This document shows positions 36,627 through 49,271 of a DNA stretch of 64,000 nt, piece by piece. The notes below the pieces were generated by a model. It made no database searches, was not told the origin of the DNA, and saw nothing but the letters and a program-made list of their open reading frames with translations. Position 1 is the stretch's first letter. Each line of letters starts with the position of its first letter. The position numbers and the translations under genes were made by a program. Source of the stretch: Octopus sinensis (lineage: Eukaryota); NCBI RefSeq assembly GCF_006345805.1, contig NC_043011.1, forward strand, positions 9,796,001 through 9,860,000, written 5' to 3'.

Positions 36627-39497
36627 GCAAAAAATCTCCGTCAATTTTAACGATGATTATTGTAGTTCTACCTTCAATTGAACCAGATTACTTGTTAAGT
36701 TTACATGGCTGAGTATAGCGCAGACATGTAATCTGAATGTAACTGTCAGGTAGAATCAGTGTAATAAAGTTGAATCCACCTGAGGGGATTCAGTACAGTT
36801 TCCATCTGACTCCGGCTAAAGTAAGAGACACTTGGGACTGAACCCTAGAACTCATGATTAGAAAGTGAACATCATAATCATTCAGCCACACACACACACA
36901 CCACACACACACACACATACTTGAGAACTCAGTGAAAATCGAAATATTTGAGGAAGAATTTATAAAGCTTTTTTTGGAACCTAATATGAAGCAAAAGAAG
37001 AAACCAGTTTTGGTCAGTGACCCAATAAAAAGAAGGAACGGATTCAACAGAATGGAATAGTTGTTTTAGTGACCCATTAATCTAAAAACTCCCCCAACAT
37101 CCATAAGGTGTGATGTTCTAGTTTAGGGCCTGATGCCTAACAGGGGGTGTAAAGTGAAGCATGTATATCTGCTTGGGGTAATGGCATAAACCACATGCAA
37201 GATATACATGTCGACCCTTGGATGGCACCACACACAAATGCAGGTAATAACACTCTCAGATGATCTGCAGATACCTGTTGTAGAAGAAACCAATAAGAAC
37301 ACAACTGGTGCCTTGGAGCAGCGATAGAGGCACTGGCACCAATACGTCCATTACATTAAGAACAGGTGAAGAGTTGTTTTAAAGACAAAAGACAGGAAAC
37401 ATTGGCTAAAATAGTCCCAGGTACACTATGTCTGATTAGGAATAGTTTGGTGACTGTTATACTGCCTCTGACCCTAGGGCTACTGGATAAGGGCTGACCT
37501 GGGATATGTTATTCATGTTACCTTCCTGGCATAACTTACTGCCTCCCCACAAGATGAAGGTTAACTGCTAATTGTAACACAGCAGGCCACATTAACAGCT
37601 GTTGACTTATAGGAGAGGAAGGAGAAAAACTGAATCAACAAAATCTAAAACTGATTGTGGTTTGTTAATGCCATTATAATTGCTAAACTGAATTAATTCA
37701 TGTTAATTAGGCATGTAATGTAGGTGTAAATGGTAAAGTGTTAAACACAGGATCAGTTCTATTGTGGTATTGAGCTGATTTAGTGTTTTGGGCTCAAACC
37801 TAAACAAGACCCAATAATCCCAGATTAAATGAAAAGCAGCGATCTTCAAGTAGCAAGGGCTGGAGAACCCCATTGCTTTACAAATCTGGGCCTGGGCTTG
37901 CAATGAAAGTTAATCAGTATAAATTGTGATGTCTGTAGCTGAGTCTCAGTTACTGATTGAAACTTCATCTGGTTTAATGGTGCCATGAAAAAAAAAAAAT
38001 GGGGAAGAATTTGTTTTCCACTTTTCTTTGACTTTGTCATCAATAAAATCCATTAACAAAACTGTGTTAGATGTCAGTGAAAAGACACTTCCAGTAGAAA
38101 GTGTGACACTGATTAGAAAGGATGACAGCCACATAATCACATCCCTTTTCTCTTGATCATGTAACAGTTCTGTATTGATAAAATAACCAAACATTCCTTT
38201 ATTTTGAGTCTTCATATTGTAAATCTTTCATTAGGAACAGTTCAATTAGTGTCCTTAACAACCTCCAATACACGGATTTCAAAACATAACCCACAAGATT
38301 TTTAATTTCAGGTCAGCAACCAGCCCAATTAAAAGGGGCAGTGCATTATTTCAGCCCTAATTTATCTCTGGTCCACCTTCATTACCACTTTGAGAACAGT
38401 ATATTGTTCACACTGTGTAATTAAGGAGTTCAATGTTGGAGCAGAGTACCTGGGGCAAGAGTTCTCTCCCACAAGTTCTGGTTGGTTTTGTCAAAGTTAT
38501 TTGCAAAATGGAAAATATGTAGAACTTTATTGTGTGTGTATGTGCTAGTGTATTTTTCATCACTGTATCTTGGCAAAGGATGTGAACATCAGCAAGAACA
38601 CTTTGCCACCAAAAAATATGCTTTGCAAAGTCCCTTGAGATATTTGTTTTGTACCAAGTCACAAATACTCCTTTATGACTCTCACAGTGATCCAGTAAAT
38701 GATTATTTGGGAACCTGTATACCATTCAGTCCCTACTTCAGTAATTGTAATATAAAAATACATTCCTAGAGATTGAAAAGAGTTGGACTTTGTTTCACCC
38801 TAGGCTAGTACTGGTTAGGATGGACTCTAATCAAATGAATTCAAGCAAGACCAATTTAATTTATTTAGAGATATATACAAACTACATTAATTAATGAACC
38901 CTTCTTGTGTTGAAAATGGTGGGGTGTGATTTGCTGCTATTTCTAGCATGCTAATTGAGAGAATGAGTATGTGTGTTTCGTCACATAAAATGATCACATT
39001 TAAATTATAAATCCATTTAATTTGGAAAAATCATTTTAAAGATTCACTTATTACTTCAACCAATGCCAGAGAACCTCTGCATAACATTCTGAAGAATAAC
39101 AAAGGAAGAACATTATTTAAACAAGAGAAAGAAAGAAAAAAAAAACATTGAAGTCAGGAAAATAACTAAACAGGATTCCTCATTTAACATTTTCTGTGAT
39201 TTAAAAGAAAGATTCCTCTAATTTATTAATATTGTCTTTTACAAATTAGAATTTCTCCCCGAGGAACTAAAAATATTTCAGTTGTTCTCCTCATCATAGT
39301 TTCTATACTCCTTTTACTCTTGGTTTACATTTATTGTACTCCTGCCAACAACAAATCACCTCTCACTTGAGAGCCTGCCAAGCTTTTGCTATTTTCCAGC
39401 AGACTCGCAATTATGGTGGGTGGATGGGGAGGGGGAAGGGTTTGTGCATTAATTTACATACATATGTACTAATTAATTTATATAAACACATACATTC

Positions 39498-39535
<38 letters not shown>

Positions 39536-40736
39536 CACATGAATAGGTGCATTAATTTAATTTATATGCATGAGTTCATGTATATATATATATATATATA
39601 TATGCATGTGTGTACTTACATTGATTTATATACCCAAGTGCATGTGTATTTTATATAAATACACACACACACCACAGATACATCGGTGAATAAACTTTCA
39701 TATATGCCAGAATTTATCTCTGTCTATTTATGTGTATGTCTCTTTTTAACATCTCTTTGTTTGTTTCTTTTCTAATTTGAAATAAAAGCCTGTTTCTGCA
39801 TCTCTTGGTGCTGTCCCTTAGAAACAATCCTCCACCCCTGTCTAGTTTTACCAGCCCTAAATGCCTGCCTAGTAGCTGCCTCACCAATTCCCTTGCATTT
39901 AATGACATACTCCATGGACCATGGTTTTCTCTAAATCAAAATTGAAGATTGAAAGATTGTCTTTGAATGGAGGAAGGAATAAATTAAAGAACCAACAACT
40001 AACTGCTAAATCAACCTCAGGATATTACTGGTATTGATTTATGCTGAAACAAACAACAATGAGCGTAAATGTTTTAATTTACAACACTGACAATCTTTTG
40101 CATCACTCACCTCTTGCAAAGGTCCCGATGGCTGTAGGGAACCAGAAGTCACCCACAAACACAACAGAGTTGTTGAGGGATCACAAGGAAGGAATTTGTA
40201 TGAAGTGGGATTAGGGTCAGTATATGAAGTGTGATAAGGGTTGGGCTGGCTGAGAGAAAGAGGGACTTTTTTATGTTGTATGAAGGCTGGAAAGAAATGA
40301 GGTTTCTGCTCTTGGATGTATAATGTCGATGTGGATGAACCGAGCCAAGAGGAAACCAGTGACTAAGGGGAATTAGTGCAAATGGGAAGGTCACACAGGC
40401 TGAGGCAGATGAGCTATATATGGAAGGTAAGGATATGTTTAACAATATAAATGGCAGGGATGTGTAGAAGAGGGAGGACAAGAAATGGCACGGAGAACAA
40501 GTAGGGATGGCTGATGTTATAAGAGAGATGAGATGAGGTTTGTTTCACTGGTGTACAAGCGAAAACCATGTGTGGGGTTGTGATAGTGATGAGGGTGGTG
40601 GTAGTGGTGGTAGTAGTAGAGGTCACTGAATATGTAGAAGAGGGGCAAGAGGAGGGAGCAATATGAAGACAGAAATGTTGGGCAATTGATAAATTAATAG
40701 AAAGCTAAGTCAAAACTGCTACGGTGTGGGTGGGAG

Positions 40737-40962
40737 GATAATAATAATAAGAAGAAGAAGAGGAAGGAGGAGGAGAAGAAGAAGAAGAAGAAGAAGAAGA
40801 AGAAGAGGGAGGAGGAGAAGAAGGAGAAGAATAAGAAGAAGGAGGAGGAGGAGGAGGAGGAGGAGGAGAAGGAGAAGAAGAAGAAGAAGAAGAAGGAGGA
40901 GGAGGAGAAGGAGGAGAAGAAGAAGAAGAAGAAGAAGAAGAAGAAGAAGAAGAAGAAGAAGA
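40737..40962 (+). repeat. Compound (GAA)n/(GGA)n polypurine tract, ~225 bp
   Basis: Direct reading; explains the poly-R and poly-F ORFs. Confidence 0.95.
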
Positions 40963-42363
40963 GCAAAAAATGAGAAAGTAATAAAATCTTGAGGCTTTGG
41001 AGAGAAAATGAATCCTAAGAATATGGTAGCAGCAGAGAATGTTGTAAAGAATTTCTACATGTTAGTAGCGAAAGCAATAAAGAAGGAGAAAAAAAGGAGA
41101 CTGTGTGTGTGTGTGTGTGTGGTGTGTGTGTGTGTGTGTGTGTGTGTGTGGTTGGGGTATTAGTGAGACATAAACATAAGTATTTTATCATAAAAGTTTT
41201 GATAATATTTCTGGAGAATTGGGTGAAGAATGTGGTGTGAGTTACATCAGTAATAACAATTAGTATGATGATGATGATGATGATGATGGTAGTAGTGGTA
41301 GTTGTGCAAGTGGTATTGTTGTTGCTGTTGTTGGTGGTGAAGTTGTTGTGATGGTGTAGTAGTAGTAGTAGTAGTAGTAGTATTTGTACTGGTGGTTATT
41401 GTATTTTCAAAGGTGGTGGCAGGGGTATTGGTGTGAGTAGTGGTGGTGGTGGTGGTGGTCGCAGCGTGTTCAGCAGCAACAGCTGCACTGATTGCACAGT
41501 GTGCAGTTGTTTCGGTAATTGCAGGTGAAGTGGTTGTGCAATGTTGACTTATTTTGGATTGACCTGAGAATGGAATATGTAATTTAGTTAATTGAGAGGT
41601 TGGGAAGGGGGGGGAGGAAAGGTTGATAAATGATGATGATGATGATGATAAATCAGGCAAGAAATTGTGAAAAAATGCACTAAAAAAGCTACAAAGAAAA
41701 ACTGTAAAGAAAGCAAAATAAGTAAGCTGGGTGGGTGGGTGGGTGGGTGTGGAGCAGTGACTTGTGAGAAAGTCTCAAAGACTGAATGATTATATTGGTA
41801 ATTAGAAAGAATAATTGCATGGAAGAGTTCCAGCAGCAAAGAAACAGATTTCTCATCAAGTAATATTAACTGGGGACGGGGGAGGGATAACTCCCTCCCC
41901 TGCACCCCACCCACCAATAGTCATGACTTCATTATTGGCTATGGATTAACAGATAATCAAGGATGAAGTTCTTTTGTCTCTTCTGTACCAAAGTCAGGAA
42001 GTAACAACAACAACAAAATAATCACAAGTAAACAGATTGATGTCAGAGGTGTAGGTCATTAAATGGACTGGCTGACCATTGAATATATGAGCCATTGCCT
42101 GACCAGCAGCCTCCTAGCTGTAAACTAGGTATCACTAGATAGCTGTTTAATCTCTTCACAACCAAACTTGTATTTCCTGGCCCTAAATCCTTACTGACAT
42201 CAAAGCAGGGGCCATATGCAATATGTTGTGAATTCCCCTGGTTTTGTGTTGTGCCTTCAATAATAATAATCCGGAAAATCTGTGCTGTCGATGAGGTTTC
42301 ATTTCTCAGTCGAAACCTGTTCACTTAGTCCTTTCTTCAGAACTTTCTCCCTGATTAATACAT

Positions 42364-42497
42364 CTACGGATTCCATGGACAGCGAGGCTCACCAATGGAG
42401 AAGTTCTTAAGCAGATCAGGCCGAAAATGTCGCTAGAAGCTAGGATCACCAAGCATAGATTGGCATATTTCGGTCATATTATGCAGAGAAAATCCAC
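42364..42497 (+). mobile_element. Small RTE (BovB-like) internal fragment
   Basis: LRIPWTARLTNGEVLKQIRPKMSLEARITKHRLAYFGHIMQR matches the RTE/BovB C-terminal pattern LRVPWTARRSN...L.YFGHLMRR. Confidence 0.75.
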
Positions 42498-42660
42498 TAG
42501 ATGTCTTCTCCTCCAGATGTCACCTCCAACAAATTTCCCCCCTCACCAGATCTCTCTCCCACTAGATGGTCCCTCTACCAGATTTCCCCACCACCACATG
42601 GCCCCAAATGACCCCTCTACCAGATGACCCCTTCACTAGATGACCCCTCCACCAGATGGC
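42496..42660 (+). repeat. Degenerate ~15-16-bp minisatellite (ccagatgacccctcya-like), ~10 copies
   Basis: Recurring cagat/tagat...ccc units. Confidence 0.75.
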
Positions 42661-43013
42661 TTCTGAATACAGTCCGACTGACAATCCAGTTTATTCACAG
42701 CTGTAAAGCTGTAAAGTATTTTCCGTTCTTAGATAAAATTTCAAAAAAGTAAATATCAATGATAAATGGATAAAGGTAATAGAAATAAAAATAAAATAAT
42801 AACTAAATAAAGGTAAATCTAAGCAAAATTGAACATTGTATTTGGTGGATGCATCCAGACATAGAATGGCTTTTGATTAATACCTCAACTTTGCCATTTT
42901 AATCTATTGTGTCTGAGTTTACAATTTATACACACACACACACACACAAAACATAATATAAAACAATTCTATGCATGTGTGTGTATGCATATATGTGTAT
43001 ATATAAAATAAAT

Positions 43014-43125
<112 letters not shown>

Positions 43126-43704
43126 GTAATATATATATACATATATGTATACACACACACGTACATATATATACATATATACACATGTACATATATATAT
43201 ATATATATGTATGTACGTACATGCATGCACACAAACACAGAGTAAAAGTGTGTTTGATGCATGTTTGTGGTGATAAGCTCCTCACTAACGCTTGCACTAT
43301 TTCAGCAATCTCTCTTCCTGTTAGGTTGGCTAATAATACAATTGCTATTAAGAGGAGTTCTCCCTCATATTACATTAGCGAGCACATCCTAAGCACCGCC
43401 CCTGCCTGCTGGACCACCCGACTCACAGTAATACTTCACATCATAACACATCCTGTTCTATCTTTGGATGCTTCTTGCTCCACGGAAACCATTCCTATAT
43501 TTAACTACCGACAGTCTTTCAACAGTGTTTCAACTACCAACAGTCAATCACTGATAGTTCAAAGACAAAAGATCAATAAATATGATTCTATTTCAATGGC
43601 CCACTGACCAATGGTTTAAATACATCAAAATGGAAAAAGAGTAGAAGAAAAAAAAACAACAGAAAATGGACTTGCAACATAACATTTATACATTTTCCAC
43701 AAAA

Positions 43705-44085
43705 TACTATTTTATCTTTTATTTGTTGCAGTCTATAGACTGACCATGCTGGAGCACCGCCTCAAGAATTATAGTCAGAAGAACTGAGCCGAGGACTTAC
43801 CATTTCTTTAAGCCCAGTGTTTATGCTGTTGGTTTCTTTTGCCAAACTCATAAGTTACAGAGACATGGACACGCCGACACCACTGGTCAAGCAGGGGGGG
43901 GGGGACGACAAACACACACACATCTATATATATGACACACTTCTTTTAATTTCCATCCACTCACAAAGCTTTGGTTGGCCTGAGATTATACTAGAACACA
44001 CTTGCCCAAGGTGTCACACAGTGAAACTGAACCTGGAACCATGTGGTTGGGAAGTGACAGCTTCTTACCACACAGCCATGCCTGT
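43705..44085 (-). mobile_element. tRNA-head SINE (type A), diverged
   Basis: catgctggagcaccgcc, cacttgcccaaggtg and accacacagccatgcctg are reverse complements of type A motifs. Confidence 0.8.
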
Positions 44086-44100
44086 ACATATAACATGATA

Positions 44101-45127
44101 TCTCTATATATATAAAACTGAGAATGTGTGTGTGTCTGTCTGTCTGTCTGTGTGTTTCCCTAAAACTTGAGAACTACACAACCAATTTCATTCAAATTTT
44201 ACACATGCCTTACTTAGGGTCCATGTAGTTTCATGGGCAAAAAAAGTTCAACTTCTTGCCTAGGGCGAGCCCATAGCAATATCATATCTTCTCCACTATT
44301 TCAGTATTACGTGTTAAAAGTGAAACAAAAACATTTCTCTATTTTATGTCAGACGCTTCACTTTAACAATAAAAATAATAATAACAATTGAATTATATGT
44401 AGTAAGTAATAATTAAAATCAAACTAAAGTATAATATAATCATAACATAACAAAAGTAAAAATAGCAATTGGTATAAAATTGCATCAATGACATGAACTT
44501 GAATAAGTGGTTTCACATGAATGGGAATAAATTAAAAATAAAATTAGTGTGCAGAAATGGAATAGTCCTACAATTCCAGTCTGATATATATTTTCAGTAT
44601 TGTTATCACTAGCGATATCAAGATATAACTTTGTATTTTGTATTCTATGTGTAGGTGCAGGAGTGGCTGTGTGGTAAGTACCAACCACATGGTTCCGGGT
44701 TCAGTCTCACTGCGTGGCACCTTGGGCAAGTGTCTTCTACTATAGCCTTGGGCCGACCAAAGCCTTGTGAGTGGATTTGGTAGATGGAAACTGAAAGAAG
44801 TCCGTCACATATATGTATATATATATGCGTGTGTCTGTGTTTGTCCCCCTAGCATTGCTTGACAACCGATGCTGGTGTGTTTATGTCCCCGTTACTTAGC
44901 GGTTCGGCAAAAGAGACCGATAGAATAAGTACTGGGCTTACAAAAGAATAAGTCCCGGGGTCGAGTTGCTCGATTAAAGGCGGTGCTCCAGCATGGCCGC
45001 AGTCAAATGACTGAAACAAGTAAAAGAGTAAAAGAGTAATGTATATACATATAGATGCACATGTAATATGTACACATATATACATGCACTAGCACTATGA
45101 CCCGGCAAAGACGGGTCATAATACTAG
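44101..45127 (+). mobile_element. Non-autonomous Helitron with a nested SINE
   Basis: 5' A|TCTCTATATATATAAA followed by (GT)/(CTGT)n. 3' hairpin tatgacccg-gcaaaga-cgggtcata (45096-45120), then CTAG|T (45124-45128). Inserted between A and T with no TSD. Confidence 0.8.
44653..45037 (+). mobile_element. tRNA-head SINE (type A), near complete and CpG-retaining
   Basis: ggtgcaggagtggctgtgtggtaag...ggttccgggttcagtc (B-box-like)...ggcggtgctccagcatggccgcagtcaaatgactgaaac, ending in (GTAAAAGA)n. Confidence 0.9.
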
Positions 45128-45249
45128 TACTATTATATTACATTTTATATGTGTGTGTGTAAACACACACACACACACACATATATATACATATATATAA
45201 TTAACATAGACAGCCATATGCAGACCACTAAATCCACAAGTTTTTTTTA

Positions 45250-45370
45250 TTCTCTCTCTGTTTATTTTCTCGTGTTCCTTTCTGATGAAGAGCATAGGCT
45301 CAAAACGTAAAAGACTTTCTCACCTTCCCTAGCATCAGACTAAGACACCTGCTTGTTGTTTATATACCTC
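45250..45370 (+). mobile_element. Penelope-like terminal repeat fragment with hammerhead-like motif
   Basis: ctgatga-a-gagc-atag-gctc-aaaacgt at 45282-45307; second copy at 34225-34358 on the minus strand. Confidence 0.55.
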
Positions 45371-46385
45371 TAGTGGGTGCTTTTATGTGCCACTGGCATG
45401 AGGGCCAGTCAGGCGGTACTGGCAACAGCACACTCAAATGGTGCTTTTTATGTGCCACCTGCACAGGAGCCAGTCCAGCAGCACTGGCAACGACCTCGCT
45501 CGAATGTCTTTTCACATGCCACCAGCACAAGTGCCAGTAAGGCAATGCAGGTAGCAATCAGGCTTGAATGGTGCTTTTTACATGCCACTGGCACAGAAGC
45601 AAGTTTGTTGCTCTGGCAACGATCACACTTGGAGCGTGCTCTTAGCGCTCCACTAGCACGGATGCCAGTCATTGAATTTGATTTCAATTTCGATCTCACT
45701 TGCCTCAACAGGTCTTCGCAAGCAGAGTTTAGTGTCTAATGAAGGAACGGTACGCATAAGAGGGCTGGTTACACCCTTGGCATAGGCCACGAGATTATGG
45801 TCTCACTTGGCTTGCCAAGTCTTCTCAAGCACAGCATATTTCCAAAGGTCCCGGTCACTAGTCATTGCCTCAGTTTGAAAGTCATGCTTAACCACCTCAT
45901 CCCAGGTCTTCCTGGGTCTACCTCTTCCACAGGTTCCCTCAACCACTAGGGTGTGGCACATTTTCACACAGCTATCCATATCAATTCTCACCACAGGACC
46001 TTACCAGCACAGTCGTCTCTCTTGCATACCACATCTGATGCTTCTTAGGTCCAACTTTTCTCTCAAGGTACTAACACTTTGTCGAGTATGCACTCCTTGC
46101 GAGCTTACGCATATCCTCAGCAGTCACGGCTCATGTTTCACTGCCATGTAGCATGGCTGTTCGTACACATGCATCATACAGTCTACCTTTTACTCTGAGC
46201 GAGAGGCCCTTTGTCACCAGCAGAGGTAAGAGCTCTCTGAAGTTTGTCCAGGCTATTCTTATCCTAGCAGCTACACTTTCAGAGCATCTACTTCAGCTAC
46301 TGACTTGGTCACCTAGGTAACGGAAGCTGTCAACTACTTCTAGTTTTTCTCCCTGGAATGTGACGGAAGTTGTTCTCTGCACATT
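45370..46385 (-). mobile_element. RTE LINE 3' part: RT C-terminal domain plus 3' UTR with ~65-bp tandem repeats
   Basis: Minus ORF 45803..45994 (VEGTCGRGRPRKTWDEVVKHD..DRDLWKYAV). Upstream it reads NFRELLPLLVTKGLSLRVKGRLYDACVRTAMLHGSET. Confidence 0.9.
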
Positions 46386-46389
46386 TTCA

Positions 46390-46520
46390 GTGTTTATTGA
46401 TCCTGAGTGGAGCCTTAAGTGTTTTCACTCAATAAACACTCACAATGCCCAGTCTGGAAACTGAAACCACGATCCCGTGACCGTGAACCCGCTGCCCTAA
46501 TCACTGGGCCATTGCAACTC
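46390..46520 (-). mobile_element. tRNA-head SINE 5' fragment
   Basis: Reverse complement begins ...gcaatggcccagtgattagggcagcgggttcacggtcacgggatcgtggtttcagtttcc (A/B-box-like). Confidence 0.55.
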
Positions 46521-46970
46521 CTATATATTTGCATGTAAACATGTGACCTAGGGTGTTGCACTCATGACTGCTAGATTGTGGGTTTGATTCCTGAAATGGT
46601 CAATGACTTGTGAATGGATTTCGTAGACGGAAACTGTATGGGCTCTGATGGTCAATTTAATTGACTAAGCCCTTCATAGAGGTGTGCCCCAGCAAAGCCA
46701 CAGTGGTGTGTAAAATTTTGAGTGTGTGTAACATAAGCAGTGAAACATATGCATATACATGAGGAAATATCTTCAGAATAAATATTTAGCCTTTGCTTAG
46801 CCCATCACTGGAGAGAGAGGGGGGAGAGAGAGATAAGGGAAGAGATGTTGGAAATATTTTCTTATTGCCAAATCCAGATTTGTAAGTTTACAAGACAAAT
46901 TACAATAAAATTCATCGTAACATTTATAATTTTCATCATGACTTTCACTATCAACTTAATAATAATAATG

Positions 46971-47018
<48 letters not shown>

Positions 47019-48179
47019 TCAGACAAAAGTTTCCAAAATTAAAGAGAAAACTATTTGGCAGTACCATTCTTGTAATTCTAAAAACATTTGATTGATGCAA
47101 CATAATGGAATATTGTAAAGAGACTATAATTCTATAGAAGGACATTTCACACACACACACATGCACACACACACACCTTACAATCTCTATGACAAACTAA
47201 ATATTCAACCTCATTCCAACCTATTTTCTAAAGAACAATAATCTTCTATTTTATACAATGTCATTGCAACTCTTTTATTATTTTCACCATTTTCTCCCCT
47301 CCACACACACACACACACACACCTACATACCATCATTTTTCTCTCATTGAGCTGTTTTTGTCAGTTCCAAGAACAGATTATTCGTTTCCACCCACTACAA
47401 AATCTCCTGAAAGGTTATGGAGAGACTCTCAGGAAACAGCCATAGAGACAGACTAAAGGAAACAGTGCAAGTCTTTTACAGAAAGCAAATGGTTTTGGCA
47501 GGGTGGGTGGAGTTGGTGAAAGTACCACCATAGCAACTGTTGGAACTTGTTAAGTTTGGGTAAATGGAAAAGGAATGAGCTGCCATTTGGTTGAATGCTC
47601 CTGTGTCATTAGGTGCTGCTGCTGCCACCTGTGCAGACTTTGGAAAACAATTTAGTTCTAGAAGCAAGTTAAGTTCTAGTGAACTCTAAAGGTCATCTAA
47701 GTACAATCAACGGAACGAGGTAGCAGCAGCAGCAGCAGTAGTAGTAGCAGTAGTAGTAGTAGTAGCTGCATCCACCATTTGTTGGTGATTCCCTACTCCT
47801 CCAGTGGAACAATGCCTCTGCACCACTCAGGCGACAACCCTTCAACTGACGGGTCTGCTGCGTAGTTGTTGCTCGTGACGGTTTTATGAGGTCAGAGTGC
47901 AAATCCAACCTCAACCTCTTTTATGTCAGCTTTTATGACAGAGGAACTTTGAATTTCTGCAGGTTGATATGTTTAAAGTTGAAATGGACAGGGAGAAAGT
48001 TCCAGAAGGCTGAATTTCCAGAGGGGAAAGATTAGAGAAAAATGTTTTCTGAAGGATATGGAGAAGGAGAAAAACCTAGATAAATAATGAAGGGTGGTGC
48101 ATTAGATGGACTGCAAAGGGGTTTGTATAGAAATAAATGTGCCAAAAGGAGAAGAAAGAGGGAGAAAAAGAGCAGTGGA

Positions 48180-48608
48180 AAATTTAGTAAATGTGTGGCA
48201 CCAACAGTTGTAATGTACGGGTGGCAGATGAGGGTTGTTAAAGCCACCGTGAAACAAGGAAGAAAGTTTATAAGAACAGACACCTTTGAAATGAATCAAA
48301 CCACATCCACAGCAGAGTTATTATTGTATGGCACTTGTGCCAGTGTGCAGGTGACACGTAAAATAAAAATAAACGATTTTTTTGGTGGCCGTTGCCAGTA
48401 CCGCCTGACTGGCCCTCGTGCCGGTGGCATGTAAAAGCACCCACTACACTCTCAGAGTGGTTGGCATTAGGGAGAGCATCCAGCTGTAGAAACTCTGCCA
48501 GATCAGATTGGAGCCTGGTGCAGCCATCTGGTTCACCAGTCCTCAGTCAAATCGTCCAACCCATGCCAGCATGGAAAGCGGACGTTAAACGAGGATGATG
48601 ATGATGAT
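48180..48608 (+). mobile_element. Degraded RTE remnant plus younger RTE 3' tail ending cggacgttaaac(GAT)n
   Basis: KCVAPTVVMYG...DTFEM resembles RTE V.PxVLYGxETW..L..FEM. The tail is the reverse complement of 14506-14650. Confidence 0.7.
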
Positions 48609-48876
48609 GCTGTAAGCACAGCATTCTTTTAGCAGTAAGTTTACCTTTGTCTAGAATTGATTTTGAATTAGAGAAGTGGTGAGGCATCAGACACCTGTGA
48701 TGCTGTGATGAATGTGTGTTCCAATGAGACATTGCTGGGAAGGATGTTGTGAAGTTGGCAGAAAGTTATACAAATATATTAAGCAAGGAAATGTGCTTTA
48801 GGTTTGGGGTTACACAAAATCTGATGTTGTTTTTATGACATGTTACCAAGCAACAATTCAACAAATAAAAGTAGCT

Positions 48877-49014
48877 TTATAAAGTAATATTAGGGAGTCA
48901 CATCCCACAGGGATTTTATAAAGATAATTAGGGGATCACATCACACAGGGGTAATTATAAAGGTAAGTAGGGAGCCACAACACACAGGTGTTATATAAAA
49001 TAGTCTTAGAGGTC
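48877..49014 (+). repeat. ~38-39-bp minisatellite, ~3.5 copies (ttataaag...taggg...cacatcacacaggg)
   Basis: Direct reading. Confidence 0.7.
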
Positions 49015-49239
49015 ATTTCAGAGAGGTGATGTATAAAGAAAGGTCACTCAATGAGAGGAGGTATGTGTAAGGGAACAAAGCAAAAAGCATGACAACAACA
49101 ACAGCAACAACAAAAATAATATACAATGATATAATATGGAAATAAAAACCTACTTTTATAATTTTGGCAACATTAATTGGCTGAACTTGCCAAAAAATGT
49201 CTGTTTGTGTATGTGAGTTTGTGTGTGTGTGTATGTGTG

Positions 49240-49271
<32 letters not shown>

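Noticed and set aside
39848-39926. Possible minus-strand exon (ENHGPWSMSLNARELVRQLLGRHLGL or RKPWSMEYVIKCKG...)
   Set aside because: Several alternative frames and donors fit equally well and no homology is recognised.
40090-40560. Possible Penelope RT remnants on the minus strand (also 27530-27710 and 51590-51960)
   Set aside because: Only faint motif echoes (e.g. SLFYTSLP, HKK.PLSLSQ); too degraded to call without an HMM search.
40694-40992. Poly-Arg (protamine-like) and poly-Phe ORFs
   Set aside because: They are frames of the (GAA/GGA)n tract with no splice or codon evidence.
44653-44740. tRNA gene
   Set aside because: It is a tRNA-like SINE head followed by SINE body and tail; no complete cloverleaf is evident.
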